60,684 nt of DNA from an uncultured virus (IMG/VR IMGVR_UViG_3300009068_003844). Lineage: Duplodnaviria; Heunggongvirae; Uroviricota; Caudoviricetes. The notes beneath the pieces were generated by a model that ran no database searches, was not told the DNA's origin, and was given only the letters and a program-made list of their open reading frames with translations. The first letter of the stretch is position 1, and every line of letters starts with the position of its first letter. The translations under genes were made by a program, and so were the position numbers. The stretch lies in the IMG/VR virus record IMGVR_UViG_3300009068_003844. One strand, given 5' to 3'. Shown here in pieces: positions 10,848 through 22,919 of this stretch.

Positions 10848-11771
10848 ATGAAAAAATATAATTGCTTAATAATGAATAATGAGGTCTGGCTCCTGGAGGC
10901 TAGACTGGAGTATGACTTAAAATACTTTGATTTTATAATTTTAGCCGAAGCAAATTCTACTTTTAGCGGTTTAAGTAAGCCCTTTTTCTATGAAAAATAT
11001 AAAGACATATTTAAAAAATATGAAGATAGGATCTTATATGTTAAACTCGAAAATTTACCAAAACCATACAAGGGTAATTTTTTAGGACATAATAATTTCA
11101 AGGCAAAAGAAAATCGTTGGATAGTTGAATTTTACCATAGAAACTATTTACAAAATGCAATACTGCAGATTGCCAAAGAAGGAGATTTAATTTGCACCCA
11201 GGATATTGATGAGATTCAAAATATAGATTCTTTAAACAAAATCGACAATCTAAATTGCATAAATTATTTATCATACTATGATTTTAGATTCACTATTTTA
11301 GATGATCCGTTATCGAATTCATGGCACAAAGGCTTTGTAACTTCTTTTGAAAATTTACAAAAAATCAATATACACGACTACAGGAATATAAATAAGCATG
11401 ATGATTATTTTTACTTAAGTCATATCACCCCGGCAGATTTTAGATTCGATGATCAAGATCAAAATCACATGGTGTATAATTCATACAGGGCCCCTATCCA
11501 AGACATTAGCATTATTTACTCACCAATTGGTTGGCATGTATCATCTATGTCTTGTCACTCAGATAATAACACAAAAGTAAAATGTTTTGCACATCAAGAA
11601 TTCGCAAACACTTTTGATAAAATTATAGATTTTGACTTAGAAAAAACAACAGAAGATATCGTAAATAAATTCATAGACAAAGATGATAAGAATGAAATTC
11701 ATGCGTTAGCACCACAATTTTTGCAAAATTCAAGATTCACCTCTCTATTCAAACAGCATTTAAAGGAGTAA
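10848..11771 (+). CDS. glycosyltransferase family 17-like (beta-1,4-GlcNAc transferase)
   Basis: 'NEVWLLEARL..FIILAEANSTFSG..KP', 'DIDEI', 'GWHVS'. Confidence 0.75.
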   Translation: MKKYNCLIMNNEVWLLEARLEYDLKYFDFIILAEANSTFSGLSKPFFYEKYKDIFKKYEDRILYVKLENLPKPYKGNFLGHNNFKAKENRWIVEFYHRNYLQNAILQIAKEGDLICTQDIDEIQNIDSLNKIDNLNCINYLSYYDFRFTILDDPLSNSWHKGFVTSFENLQKINIHDYRNINKHDDYFYLSHITPADFRFDDQDQNHMVYNSYRAPIQDISIIYSPIGWHVSSMSCHSDNNTKVKCFAHQEFANTFDKIIDFDLEKTTEDIVNKFIDKDDKNEIHALAPQFLQNSRFTSLFKQHLKE

Positions 11772-14086
11772 AAATGAAAGACGAGATTCACATTGAAGAA
11801 CAAGATCTGTATAGCGAATACGTTGCAATGTCGGAAATAATGTATTGTTATGAATTGGAAGAAATTAATAATAAATTAGCAGAAATTTATATAGAAGAAT
11901 ATCTTGACAAATAGTTTCCCTCCGGTACGGTCTAGGGGTGTTGAGAGAGAAGCCCCAGAGGAAACTATTTAATATGAACGACTTGATTGAAAAAGCCCTC
12001 GTTCGTTTCCCGAAAGCGAAAAGAATCGCCGTAGAGAACTTTACTATGGGCTATGAAAGTCTTAGTAGTGAGGCTCAATCTAATTTGGAGTTGGACGCTA
12101 GACTTTACGATTGGAATAAAGACACAATTAACGCCATTATTAGCATTTTATCTTCAAAGGAAATAGGGAGAGGCTGAAATGGATTCTAATAATTTCATGA
12201 GGATTTTTGACGATAGGAATGAGCATAAACTTAGCATTGTCGCCTGTGGAAATGGCTATGATCTTTGCGGCCCAAGCGGCAAGGTGGTTTACTGCGGGGT
12301 TGATCCAGAACTCGTTGAAGTTCTTGAAGATTATCTTATTGTTAGAGAATTCAATCTTATTGACGTATGACCATGAATATCTTCGATAAATATAGTGCAT
12401 ATGAATTAAGGCAAATATACGCAAGTCCCATTAGTGATTGGCCCGAACCATTTAAGAACTGGATTCACAAAGAAATAGCAGAATCACTTTTGGATTCTTG
12501 GCTTGAGAATGTTGATGACAATGAATATCGTGATCGTGTTCACGAAATTGTAGAGAATATGACATACGGTTATCCAGACAAAAATGGCAACGAAATGCTA
12601 GATTTGCCAATATAATGAGCACATACTTGCATTACCCATACTTGGCGGCTGGCACACCAGTAAAAGCCAACATAAATGGAGAGTGGCTAGTTGGTAAAAA
12701 ATTAGAAACTCCCAAAAAATTTGAAATGCTGGGTAGTTTTTCAGATAATAAAACTATCCTAGTTGAAATAGATGGAAAAGAACTAGCAGTAAACAAAGAT
12801 TTGGTGAAAGTTTTTGAACCTTTGATGGTTGATGACAATGGAAATAAACCTAAACTAGAAGAATTTAAAAAAGATTTTAAGATTCTTGTGATTAATCTAA
12901 GTGACCCAATCAACAAAATTAATATCGACTATAATAAAGCCGAAATTGGCAATGAATTCATCAGAATATATCCAATAATCCAAGAACACGAATACAGATA
13001 TGCTTTTCGAGAATATCCTTGTTGGGCTGTTGAGCAAGTTATTTTGGGAAAAAGAATAATAATTGCAACACCAATTGATACCATGATAGCAGTAAATTTA
13101 TTTATAGACCGGCTTAAGTTTATCAAGTCTCGTTGGTTATTTTAAATATAATAACATATATCACAGCGTGATGAATAAATAACTTTATGGAGAGCAAAAT
13201 CTAATATTTAAAATTTAAGGAGGAATATGTGGGAATGGAATCTCTATATTTTGTTGAAAAGAAATGAATCTTGGGAGATAGTTGAAAAAAATAGTGGCAT
13301 TGCCTCTGGTATTGCCTCTCTATCATTAGGTGCTATACTTGGTTTCTTACTGGCCTGCTTGGTGGGATATTATCTATGAGCGAGATACTAGCACCTAGAT
13401 TCCCTATGGTTGAAACCAATTCAATGGAATCTTATACAATCGAACAAATCAAAGATTCCCCGTATCTTTTGTGCAAATACTCGTTTCAAAAATCAAAAGG
13501 CAAATTGCCAAAAGATTTGCACGATGCAATGACATTACACGGTATGATTAATGCCAAAGATTGGTATGTTAGATTTTATTTTGACCGGATTCTATCCGGA
13601 GAAAATATTGATGATATTCTTCCCTGAGAAATCCAAATGTTAGTCAGCGAAATTAAATCCTGGGCGAAGAAGAATGGCTACATAGTCAAAACTGTAAAGG
13701 GTGTTGGCTATGAATGGAATAAAGAAGGCACAGATGAAAAGAACACCGATGATGACTTGAATGAAATGGCTCGCAAGATTTTCAATAAAATAACGGATAA
13801 CAAATTTATTGATTATCAAGAAGAACAGAAACTAAAGTGATGTTGTTTCCTTCCGGTACGGTTTCCTCAAAGGAGTCTGCTATGTTGTATCTACTTTTCA
13901 CTTTTTATCTTTGGACGATGGGTGTGGTTAATTTCGATAATAATACAGATGATGTAGAAAATATGATCGCTAGGGCCAGATGCCGACAAATATCAGTTGA
14001 CAACAACAACTGCGTCACCGTAAAATTCCTCAACAGGGAAGATGCAGAACTTTTCGCAAAAGACCTCAAACGCCTCACAAAGTAAC

Positions 14087-14473
14087 ATGAAAACTAAACT
14101 TTCTTTTGAAAAACTTGAAAATAAGATTACTCTGAGTTCTATTAATCTTTCTGTTTCCGCCTCTACTCATAGTCGGCCAGAAAAGCAAGAAGTTTATCAC
14201 TTACAGCAAAAACATATAAAGGAAACGAAATTTTCTTCTCAATTGCATAATTGCTTGTGGAAAGAGCATGGCAATTACTTTCAAAATAATTATAATATTA
14301 AAAATCCAAATCAGTCACAAATAATAATCACCAAGTCTGGTCAGATTATAAATTATATTCCACCTACGCCTACTCGGCCTTTCCCGCTTTTTATTGAAAT
14401 AAAGTTTCCTGATAGGCCAATCGGTCGTCCAAGCCCACCTATCCAAATTAACCCACCTATCCATATCAAATGA
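14087..14473 (+). CDS. protein with a planctomycete-like LEPR-XLL N-terminal motif and Pro-rich tail
   Basis: 'KLSFEKLENKITLS' resembles LxxExLExRxLL. Confidence 0.5.
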   Translation: MKTKLSFEKLENKITLSSINLSVSASTHSRPEKQEVYHLQQKHIKETKFSSQLHNCLWKEHGNYFQNNYNIKNPNQSQIIITKSGQIINYIPPTPTRPFPLFIEIKFPDRPIGRPSPPIQINPPIHIK

Positions 14474-15439
14474 CATATCAAGAGAGTGTAGAAAAACTTT
14501 CTGAGATATTTGGAATATCAATCTATAAAGGCAAAAAATCTATAGTAGCATATCCGCCAATCGGAAATGTATTTGATGCTAGTTATCTTCATTTGGCAGA
14601 TGCTCCATTGTATGAAGATGTTGAAAAGACATATAAGATTCTTAAAGATCAAATAGGGACTGGAATTCTTCCTTGTGAAGATCCAAATTGCACTTATTGC
14701 CATGTCTAAATCCAAACTTCTCAATAGTTTTCTTCCATTAGAAATTCAGTTAGAAGATGCTGCTAAAAAAGATCTAAAGTATATTCTCCAAAAGAAAAAA
14801 GATAGTGAAAAACTATCAAATGATTTTTATAAGATATACAATAAATTCGTTAAGGCCAACCCAGATATAACCGATATTATCGAAGTAAACAATGTTGATA
14901 CTACAGGACAATTTCCCGGTATTGCAAGAGATTTGATTTCTGTAGCGAAAGAAATAGTTATTGATAATGATGGATTCGTATTTGATTTTAGTTGGGATGA
15001 ATCAGACTTTGACTTACATGACCGTAATCACATGTCAAATCTATTGGTGTGTTTTTCAAATACATTTAAAGTATTTGAAAAACTTCACCAAAAGAATCAG
15101 TTCTTTACAGTTCAAGTAGAAGATAGAAATGTGACTGTAGATTGGGGATTTGAACAAGGATTCATGTATTATGACTAGCCAGATAAACAAAATCAAAAAA
15201 TATGATCATCACCTTGCTAGTAAAATAGAAGAACAGCATGGGTTTTTAACCTCTGGCGATATTGAGCGATTATCTGATTTTTTACCCGATCATATGGTCT
15301 TAATCCGTTGCGGTAACGGCAGATTTATTACTCGGGCGTCAAGTGCAAACCATTTTGTTGATGTTGTGCGTTGTAGCCATGATTATGTCAGGGATGTATC
15401 TTTACTTGTAGATGATTATAAAGTAAACTAATTCCAATA

Positions 15440-16720
15440 TGGAGAATAACTAATGATTGTCAAAAATGAATCAAAACATTATATTGATAAAACTTATGGA
15501 ATTTATATGGAAATTTTTTCTAATGATGATCTTCACCATGTTTCCTTATACAATGACAAGAAAGAATCTAACGTGTCATTTAGCGTAGACAATGAGGGAA
15601 TCAAGAGGTTGGCCGATTTTCTTTATAAGACCATTGGAGAATAATAATGACTAACGAACTTAAAGAAACTATACAAACTTTTTTGACCACTTATGAAATG
15701 GCTAATGAACTTCCTATTATTAGACCAATGAGTCATGGTCAATGTAGTTATCTTTTGAGTGTTGCTGTTTTTATTTTGCAAAATTTGGAGAAAAAACTAA
15801 TGAATGTTCATGTTGTTGTTGGAACAAAACAAAATGTTTATCAAGATACTATTGGGGGGCCATTTGAACCCCATCCAGACAAAGAAATTGTAAAAATATT
15901 CTCTGACGAAAATAAAGCCAAAAACTTTGTTGAAAATGCCAAATTAGCCAAACCTAAAAAAGAGCGATATGGAGATACTTCTTACTATAAAGGTGGTTAT
16001 GAAGATATGACTATTGAAAGTTGTATCGTAGATTAAAGTTATTATTATATTGGAGAAAAGAAATGAACGAAGATAATCTTATAGAATTGTCCGCACCCGT
16101 TTCTCTCAAGGACTTGACGAGAGAAGCAGAAGATTATTGTGAAGAACTAGGAGTTGAATATAATCCTAGAAAAATAATGATTAGTACAGACTATGGAACC
16201 AAAGTAATTTTGTGGTATGATACTGAGGAGAAAAATAATGACTAACGAACAAAATATGATTACAGCAACATTATCTCTTACTAAAGACCAGTGGGAATCT
16301 ATTATTCGGCATATTGTAAATGATATTGCCATGTTAGAACTAGGGTTATCTCCCCAAATAGGTCGAGATAGAATGAATGTGATTGTAAATAGTGGGCTAG
16401 ACATAGTAAATAAAATTAAAGAGGCCGCTGGTATTGATGTTGATTTATCAGAGTGGAAACTTAGGTATGGAGAATAAATGATGAGATGGATCAGCCCCAA
16501 TTATCGTGATGGTGATACTAGGATACATACGTTTTTTGCATGGTTTCCAGTTAGTATCATAGAAGAAGATATTCGTGAAACAAGATGGTTAACTATGGTA
16601 ACCGTAAAACAACGCTTGTATTGTGGTAGGTACAATCATTGGATTAATAGTGAATTTATTGGAGAATAAATAATGATTGTCAAAAATGAATCAAAACATT
16701 ATATTGATAAAACTTATGGA
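15440..16720 (+). repeat. 61-bp near-identical direct repeat (15440-15500 and 16660-16720) covering RBS plus gene start
   Basis: TGGAGAATAA[C/A]TAATGATTGTCAAAAATGAATCAAAACATTATATTGATAAAACTTATGGA occurs twice. Confidence 0.9.
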
Positions 16721-17174
16721 TAAAGAGTACAACACAATAATCTCCTTAGTCGGTGGCCCATCGTGTGGAAATAGTTTAACTGCTAAAGATGGTAGAATAC
16801 CCTCTGTTGTTCCTATGTTTCACGAAGGTAAGTTTCATAATTATGAACTAATTATTGAACAGGGCGAGTTTTGGACAAATATTCACTATCAATATACTAA
16901 CGAGGTAATTGAAGTGAATAATACTTTGGAGAAAAATAATGATACTAGACGTTAATATCTTTGACCATTATAATTATGAACTATTTGATGCAAATGGTAA
17001 CAGATTAGACTATGTTGTTAGGGCGGATACGGAAACTGGTCAAATAGAAAGATATGTATTAGATGGGTCTGGTAAACCACCTCGAACTATAGAGGGAAAA
17101 CTTCTAACAGAAATAGTATTTGTTCCTTATCCTTTAAAGGCTATTAAACATGATAACTATTTGGAGAATAACTA

Positions 17175-17462
17175 ATGGGAGATAATTACTCTTATATTAA
17201 AATGAAAAAAGGATTTACACTTGTAGAGGCTTTGGTTTGTTTGTTTATTGTTTTAACTCTTATTGGACTATTAGTCCCGGCAATTCAATCTATCAACAAT
17301 AAACGCATAGAGAATGGTGAGAAGTCTACGCCAGATGGTCGGATGTATAACTTTGTTACTGTGAAGCACGACAACCATCTTTTTATAAGAGATGGGCATG
17401 ATATTATTCATCATCCTGATTGTCCTTGTTTCACACTAACTGCCGAAAAGGGAGAAAAATAA
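17175..17462 (+). CDS. prepilin-type N-terminal cleavage/methylation domain protein
   Basis: 'KKGFTLVEALVCLFIVLTLIGLLVPAIQ'. Confidence 0.8.
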   Translation: MGDNYSYIKMKKGFTLVEALVCLFIVLTLIGLLVPAIQSINNKRIENGEKSTPDGRMYNFVTVKHDNHLFIRDGHDIIHHPDCPCFTLTAEKGEK

Positions 17463-17630
17463 TGACTAATGAACTCAAGAATAGAATTAAGGACTTTATC
17501 TCTAGTTGGAATAATACTATAGATTACGAAGTAGATTTATGGGATTGGCCGATATTTTTGGAAACGGCTATTGGTCTACTAGAGGAAACTATTAAGGAAT
17601 AGATCTAAACTAGGATTATTCATCACTGTC

Positions 17631-18302
17631 ATGAAAGATTATTTCTACAAAGCAATAAAAGAAAACGAAAAAGAAAATAATGTTCTTTTTTGGGGATGTG
17701 TTCATCTTGACCATCTATCAGAACATTGGACAATTCCAATTTGGAAGCACAGAGGCTATAATAGCATTGAAGAATATAATCTTGGCCTAGTCAACAACTG
17801 GAACAATAAGGCAAACCATAATACTATCGGATTTCTTCTTGGCGATAGTATCTTCGGACATAATGCCGAAGAAAAATTCATTAAGTTTCTAAAAGACATA
17901 AGTTTTAAGAAACTCTATGTTATGCCTGGAAATCATCAGGGCGGATATAAGCAGATCTTTGAAAGCATTGAAGAAAATGTTTATCTTCCAGAAGAAGATA
18001 AAAAGGTGATCTTTGTTCCTAATTATCTTGAAGCAACCATAGGTGGACAAGAAATTGTAATGAGCCATTATCCTTTGGCAAGTTGGAACCGCCAAAGCAA
18101 AGGTTCATTTATGATCCACAGTCATTGTCACGCAAATCTATACAAAAGCGAAATTGGCAAGATTCTCTATAAAGCCAAAATTATTGATGTTGGTGTAGAG
18201 AATTGCCCATATCCAATATCTCTGGCTGAAGTTAAAAAGAAGTTTAGAGATATGAAAAATGTATCTTTTGATCATCATACAAAAGATACTTTAATGCCAT
18301 AA
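17631..18302 (+). CDS. calcineurin-like metallophosphoesterase
   Basis: 'GCVHLDH', 'LLGD', 'GNH', 'SHYP', 'HSHCH', 'IDVGVE'. Confidence 0.8.
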   Translation: MKDYFYKAIKENEKENNVLFWGCVHLDHLSEHWTIPIWKHRGYNSIEEYNLGLVNNWNNKANHNTIGFLLGDSIFGHNAEEKFIKFLKDISFKKLYVMPGNHQGGYKQIFESIEENVYLPEEDKKVIFVPNYLEATIGGQEIVMSHYPLASWNRQSKGSFMIHSHCHANLYKSEIGKILYKAKIIDVGVENCPYPISLAEVKKKFRDMKNVSFDHHTKDTLMP

Positions 18303-18329
18303 AAAAAGAGTTTGGTTCATATATAATGT

Positions 18330-18545
18330 ATGAATTTTAAGGAATGGCTATTAAGCGAAAAAACAACAAGAGCAGGGACTATGCACTGGGCATATCCCGA
18401 TAGTTATATTCGCTCGCATTACCCCGCAAGTTATTTCACCCCAGTTGCCGCTGACGCTATTCAGAAAATGGGGCCGAAATTAGATGATGATGAAGTAGAT
18501 CATGGTGAAATGAAGTGGAAAAACCACGACAACACAAAAAAGTAA
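18330..18545 (+). CDS. small protein with capsid-targeting-like N-terminus
   Basis: MNFKEWLLSE; TATATAA just upstream; terminator AACCCTGCC/GGCAGGGTT follows. Confidence 0.65.
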   Translation: MNFKEWLLSEKTTRAGTMHWAYPDSYIRSHYPASYFTPVAADAIQKMGPKLDDDEVDHGEMKWKNHDNTKK

Positions 18546-18595
18546 ATTACTAACCCTGCCCAAAAGGCAGGGTTTTTTTATACACTAGGAGGATA

Positions 18596-19267
18596 ATGTG
18601 GAGTCATGATCATCAAGATATTAAATTAGAGGGTAAACTCAAAAATCTTTATATAATAGGGGTGTATGAGAACTTTGAATATTTCTTTTTAGATTATAGT
18701 GAAGAATATTTAAAAGAAATAATAAAAGAGAGGGACACATTTTATCTTAATAAGTGTCCGATATATCATAGACCTTTTAATGATATAAATACCAAAGAAA
18801 AACTATACAGTGTTGCCAAAGTTTCTAAGGCACTATTAACAGACGAAGAAATTCTTCATCCTCATCAATGGAGTGACAGTGCAATATATTCTGTATTCGA
18901 AAGTCTTGTAAATTCTATTAGTTTTGAGATATTTTCAGTAGAACATAAAAGAGAAAAATTTAAATACCGAAAACTAGTCAATGATACATACTCAGACATC
19001 TACAAAACCCCAAAAGTAATTGAAGATAAAAGCAAAGAAGTTGATGCCTGGTATATGATACTAGAGTCATTAAGCGATGAACTGCTTGAGAATAGAATGT
19101 TTGAACACTCTAGGGCCAAAAAGATACTCGATGCAGACCCAGAAAAATCAATTGATTTAAAAATTAAAAATAAGATCCCAATTAATTATTACACTGAAAC
19201 AATTGGTTATATACCAGAAAAAGAATTCAGAGATAGTGTTGATTACCTAATGGAACTTGTAAAATAA
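18596..19267 (+). CDS. hypothetical protein
   Basis: AGGAGG RBS, 223-aa ORF. Confidence 0.6.
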   Translation: MWSHDHQDIKLEGKLKNLYIIGVYENFEYFFLDYSEEYLKEIIKERDTFYLNKCPIYHRPFNDINTKEKLYSVAKVSKALLTDEEILHPHQWSDSAIYSVFESLVNSISFEIFSVEHKREKFKYRKLVNDTYSDIYKTPKVIEDKSKEVDAWYMILESLSDELLENRMFEHSRAKKILDADPEKSIDLKIKNKIPINYYTETIGYIPEKEFRDSVDYLMELVK

Positions 19268-19620
19268 ATTAGATAATCCTATATAGGTATATGACCACCA
19301 ACGAACAAATCGGCCAAAGAGAATATGCTGTAATTGCCAAAGATTATAATGATTTAAATTTAATATATTCTGATCTTGAAAATCATGGATGCGGGGATAA
19401 TAACTGCTGTCCTGAGAGGATTGTGAGTTGCTCCGTAAGAAAACCATTGAGGATTGCAAAAAGACCTTTTGATGTCCCTATTAAACCAAGTTTACACCCA
19501 TACTAATTGGTTGTATAACAGAAAAAGAGCTTATAAATAGTATTAATGGAAATTGTGAATTCACCCCCCAACAGTTTATTCTATATATTTTGACGCTAAT
19601 AGAATATTATATTGTGGATA

Positions 19621-20757
19621 TTAAAGATAATGGTATTTTAACTTTCCTATTTCTACTCTTTGTGCAAGTTCAATTACGATATTAGACAATAATTTTAAAC
19701 GATGTTCATGTATTTCTTCAGATTTCATTTCTATGCTTGTTTTGTCTATTTTTATGAGTTGAACAATAAACTCTGAACCATTTTCGGAGTCATCTTGAAC
19801 TATTTTATTTACCATTAGATCAATAAAACCTAAAACCAACAACTCAAAAAATAAAAGCTTGAAACTGCTGGGTGTGAAAGCCCAATTGTGACAATCAGTA
19901 TGATTTTCAGAAATCAAATTATCTTGGTATAACTTCCATGAAACTTCAAGTTTTTGAGGATAAAGAACAACTTCTTGAGAAGAATGTGGCCTCCAAGCAC
20001 TTTGTTTGTCAGCCCAAGATTGATGATTTATGGAATCTAAGTAGACTTCAGAAGAATGTCTTTTGGTTTTATTGTTATATACCGATAATACTTGACCAAG
20101 AGAGGAAGGATTTCTAAAAAAATCAAAGTTATATCTTAAATCTGGGACTGCCAAGTTAAATACTCCACTCTCTTTAAGCAGGTTAGAGCAAGATTTTAAA
20201 AAATCAAGAATATCAACCACATGTTCTATTGAATGACTACTTATTATATAATCTAAATTGTTACCAACTTTATTTTTTACCGCTTCCTCTAAAGACTCAT
20301 TTTTCCAATCCCACAAAATGTCTATATCTTCTATATTTTTAGACAATCCATGCGACATGATTTCTGGCGATAGTTTTTTGATTAAATCTTCTTTAGAACA
20401 TATATCGACTATTGTTGTTTGCCATCCGTCTTTTTTTGGTGCAATTGGATGATAAAAAGGTCCAATTTCCAATCCTTTATCTGTTTTTGATATGTTTCTA
20501 AGTAATAGTTTATAGCGTTTGTATATTTGAGTGTTTTTTACTAAATACTCAAGTTCATCTTTATTGTGACTGATTTCTGATTCTGATACTATTGGCGTAT
20601 AGGGCGTCACTCTAGATTTCATATCAATATAACAAATTATTTGATATTCATTTTTATCTTTAATGTCGAATATTTTGCCCGCTAGTATTTCGTTGGTTTC
20701 TTTATTGTAAAAATATACTTCTTCGTCTTTTGAAAATCTACTCATTTCTCTGACCAC
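19621..20757 (-). CDS. SAM-dependent methyltransferase (type 11-like)
   Basis: 'GLEIGPFYHP', 'DYIISSHSIEHV', 'LAVPDLRY'. Confidence 0.8.
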   Translation of the reverse strand: MVREMSRFSKDEEVYFYNKETNEILAGKIFDIKDKNEYQIICYIDMKSRVTPYTPIVSESEISHNKDELEYLVKNTQIYKRYKLLLRNISKTDKGLEIGPFYHPIAPKKDGWQTTIVDICSKEDLIKKLSPEIMSHGLSKNIEDIDILWDWKNESLEEAVKNKVGNNLDYIISSHSIEHVVDILDFLKSCSNLLKESGVFNLAVPDLRYNFDFFRNPSSLGQVLSVYNNKTKRHSSEVYLDSINHQSWADKQSAWRPHSSQEVVLYPQKLEVSWKLYQDNLISENHTDCHNWAFTPSSFKLLFFELLVLGFIDLMVNKIVQDDSENGSEFIVQLIKIDKTSIEMKSEEIHEHRLKLLSNIVIELAQRVEIGKLKYHYL

Positions 20758-21563
20758 TCTTCAATTCTTTTCTTTGCTTGTTCTATAGCATCATTCATCC
20801 ATAATTTAGCATTTTGAGCGTATTGTTCAAAATAAATCATAGAACTAGGAAGTGAGCGACAATGATCAATGTTATTATCATTTGTTCTCTCATAGTTCTG
20901 CTCTGAACCTATTAGTAGAGAATTTATACCGTTTTGTTTAAGTTGATAGTTAATTAATAGTTCTGTATCAGGCCAATTTGGACCACATACTGCTGGTTTG
21001 AGTTCTACTCCACGATTATTACATAATCTTCGGAGACCCCAAGTTGCATCAATTTTGTCTAGTGTCATTACATCAAACATAGTGCAAGTATGTCCTAGCA
21101 TCCATTCCCAATCTGGATGTGGCCTAGGACTAAGTTGATAGCCAACTGCTTTATGCAATTCGCACAGTTCAACCATTTCAGCTAATAATTCTTTTCTTTT
21201 AAGAAAACAGTCTGAATGGGTGCAAAACAAGAACCTAGTGTGAACGAATGATAAACTTAAATCCATTGCTGCTGTTACTGGTTCACTTGGATGCCGCCAA
21301 CTATTGGAACGAATAAAATGAATCTCAACATCCTCATCCCTTAAATCTTCAATACTACTAGTATCCTCGCTCCCAGTATCAACGATCACAATATAAGGTC
21401 TTTCAGTTTGTAGTCTGAGAGTTTCAATCACTAATGGTAAACTATCCATAGCATTGATACAAGGTATGACCGCTGTGACCTTATATTCCCAGGGCTTTTT
21501 AATAACTGATCCTTCCCAAGGAGTTGGTAATGATTTATCAGGAGCAATAGATGGTTTTTTCAT
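20742..21563 (-). CDS. glycosyltransferase family 2
   Basis: 'VTAVIP', 'IVIVDTGSED', 'THSDCF'. Confidence 0.8.
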   Translation of the reverse strand: MKKPSIAPDKSLPTPWEGSVIKKPWEYKVTAVIPCINAMDSLPLVIETLRLQTERPYIVIVDTGSEDTSSIEDLRDEDVEIHFIRSNSWRHPSEPVTAAMDLSLSFVHTRFLFCTHSDCFLKRKELLAEMVELCELHKAVGYQLSPRPHPDWEWMLGHTCTMFDVMTLDKIDATWGLRRLCNNRGVELKPAVCGPNWPDTELLINYQLKQNGINSLLIGSEQNYERTNDNNIDHCRSLPSSMIYFEQYAQNAKLWMNDAIEQAKKRIEEWSEK

Positions 21564-21822
21564 TACACTATTATAGTAAATTCAAAAAAATTACCTAATA
21601 GTTAACTCTAGCAATTATTCTCTCCCCTCTCTCTAGATGTTCAACTCTATTTTGAAGATTATTAAACTGCTTTTCTGTTATGATTTCTATCTTTAATAGA
21701 GTTTCAATAGAGTCTTGAGTTAATTTTAAGGTCTTATCATGAACACTGTTACTAGCAAGAATAGATCCTATAGCAAGATAGGATATTAATATTAGAATTA
21801 AATGTGCGTTATTGTTTTTCAT

Positions 21823-21858
21823 AGAGTCTATTATTGCAGAACTCTATACTTTTGTCAA
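21823..21858 (-). promoter_or_regulatory. sigma70-like promoter directly before the 21595-21822 gene (probably leaderless); second copy near 22741-22776
   Basis: Minus strand reads TTGACA-N17-AATAAT-AGACTCT-ATG at both sites. Confidence 0.55.
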
Positions 21859-22089
21859 TTCATATTTAAAAAAACGTTCTGTTTATCTCCCCACAGCAAT
21901 TCTGGACATTTAATCCAAAGTCACAGCATTCTTCTATTGATTTTCTGAGGGCTTTATTTTCATAGACTTCAAATAGATTATCACCTATTCTTTTATCAGG
22001 ATATTCCTGATCCCAGTAGACTAATACTTTTAATATGTAGTTCTAGCACATATTAATATAGAAAATACTTTTCATGCTTATATATTTTT

Positions 22090-22608
22090 ATGAAAACATT
22101 TCAACAATATTTAGAAGATAATATGCTAGATCAAAAACCAGTTGGCGATATAGTTAAATCTGCCGCCAAGGAAATAGGAACGGAAATTGTGGCAAACGCC
22201 GTTCCATATGGTGGTTTAGCCAAGTCTATAATAACAGCTGTTTGGGGTGGAAAAGATGTAGTATCTCAAAATATGCAGAACAGCAACGCTTTAAATAAAG
22301 CAAAACAAACAATAAGACAAAATATAGAACAAGATATTCGTAGTGGTAAAGCAGGCAATAAAGCACTCAGACCAGGACATCTTGAAGCTGAAATAGAATC
22401 TAGAACTGGCTCAACCCCTGAATCTCAAGCTTGTTTAACCGCAGAAGAAAAACAGGGAGTTATAAACTCAATAATTCAAGCTGTTAACAATAATACGATA
22501 GTTCCTGGCTTTGCACAAGAACTAGTAAACGAAATAATAAAACAAAAAATAAGTAAAATGCAGGAAGCTCTACAGAAAAGTCCTATAGTAAGGGTTGCAA
22601 TCAGATGA
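22090..22608 (+). CDS. protein with capsid-targeting-like N-terminus
   Basis: MKTFQQYLED; TATATA just upstream. Confidence 0.7.
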   Translation: MKTFQQYLEDNMLDQKPVGDIVKSAAKEIGTEIVANAVPYGGLAKSIITAVWGGKDVVSQNMQNSNALNKAKQTIRQNIEQDIRSGKAGNKALRPGHLEAEIESRTGSTPESQACLTAEEKQGVINSIIQAVNNNTIVPGFAQELVNEIIKQKISKMQEALQKSPIVRVAIR

Positions 22609-22881
22609 AAACATTCCAACAATTTAGAAGAGAATCATCCAGAAACTATTGAAGAAGGATGGGGCAAAAACTTAATAACGGCTGGACTAATAGGAATGGC
22701 AGGATTAGGAGCCGCTGGTAAAATCAAACCTGTTTTTCATAGAGTCTATTATTGCAGAATATTTGAATTTTGTCAAAGACCTATTGAAAAAATCTATAAT
22801 TTAACTATAAATAACATATCCTCGACAAATGACCTATTGTCTAGGTTCTTTATGCGAACAAAGAACCATCGCTCAAGATGA
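22605..22881 (+). pseudogene. frameshifted and truncated paralog of the 45908-46474 gene
   Basis: MKTFQQ, then after a frameshift LEENHPETIEEGWGKNLITAGLIGMAGLG, matching 'LIDNHPEIMDEG...AGSIAGMGLG'. Confidence 0.65.
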
Positions 22882-22919
22882 GGAATTGAGTATAATTTTT
22901 AGGTTTAAAGGAGGTTCGT

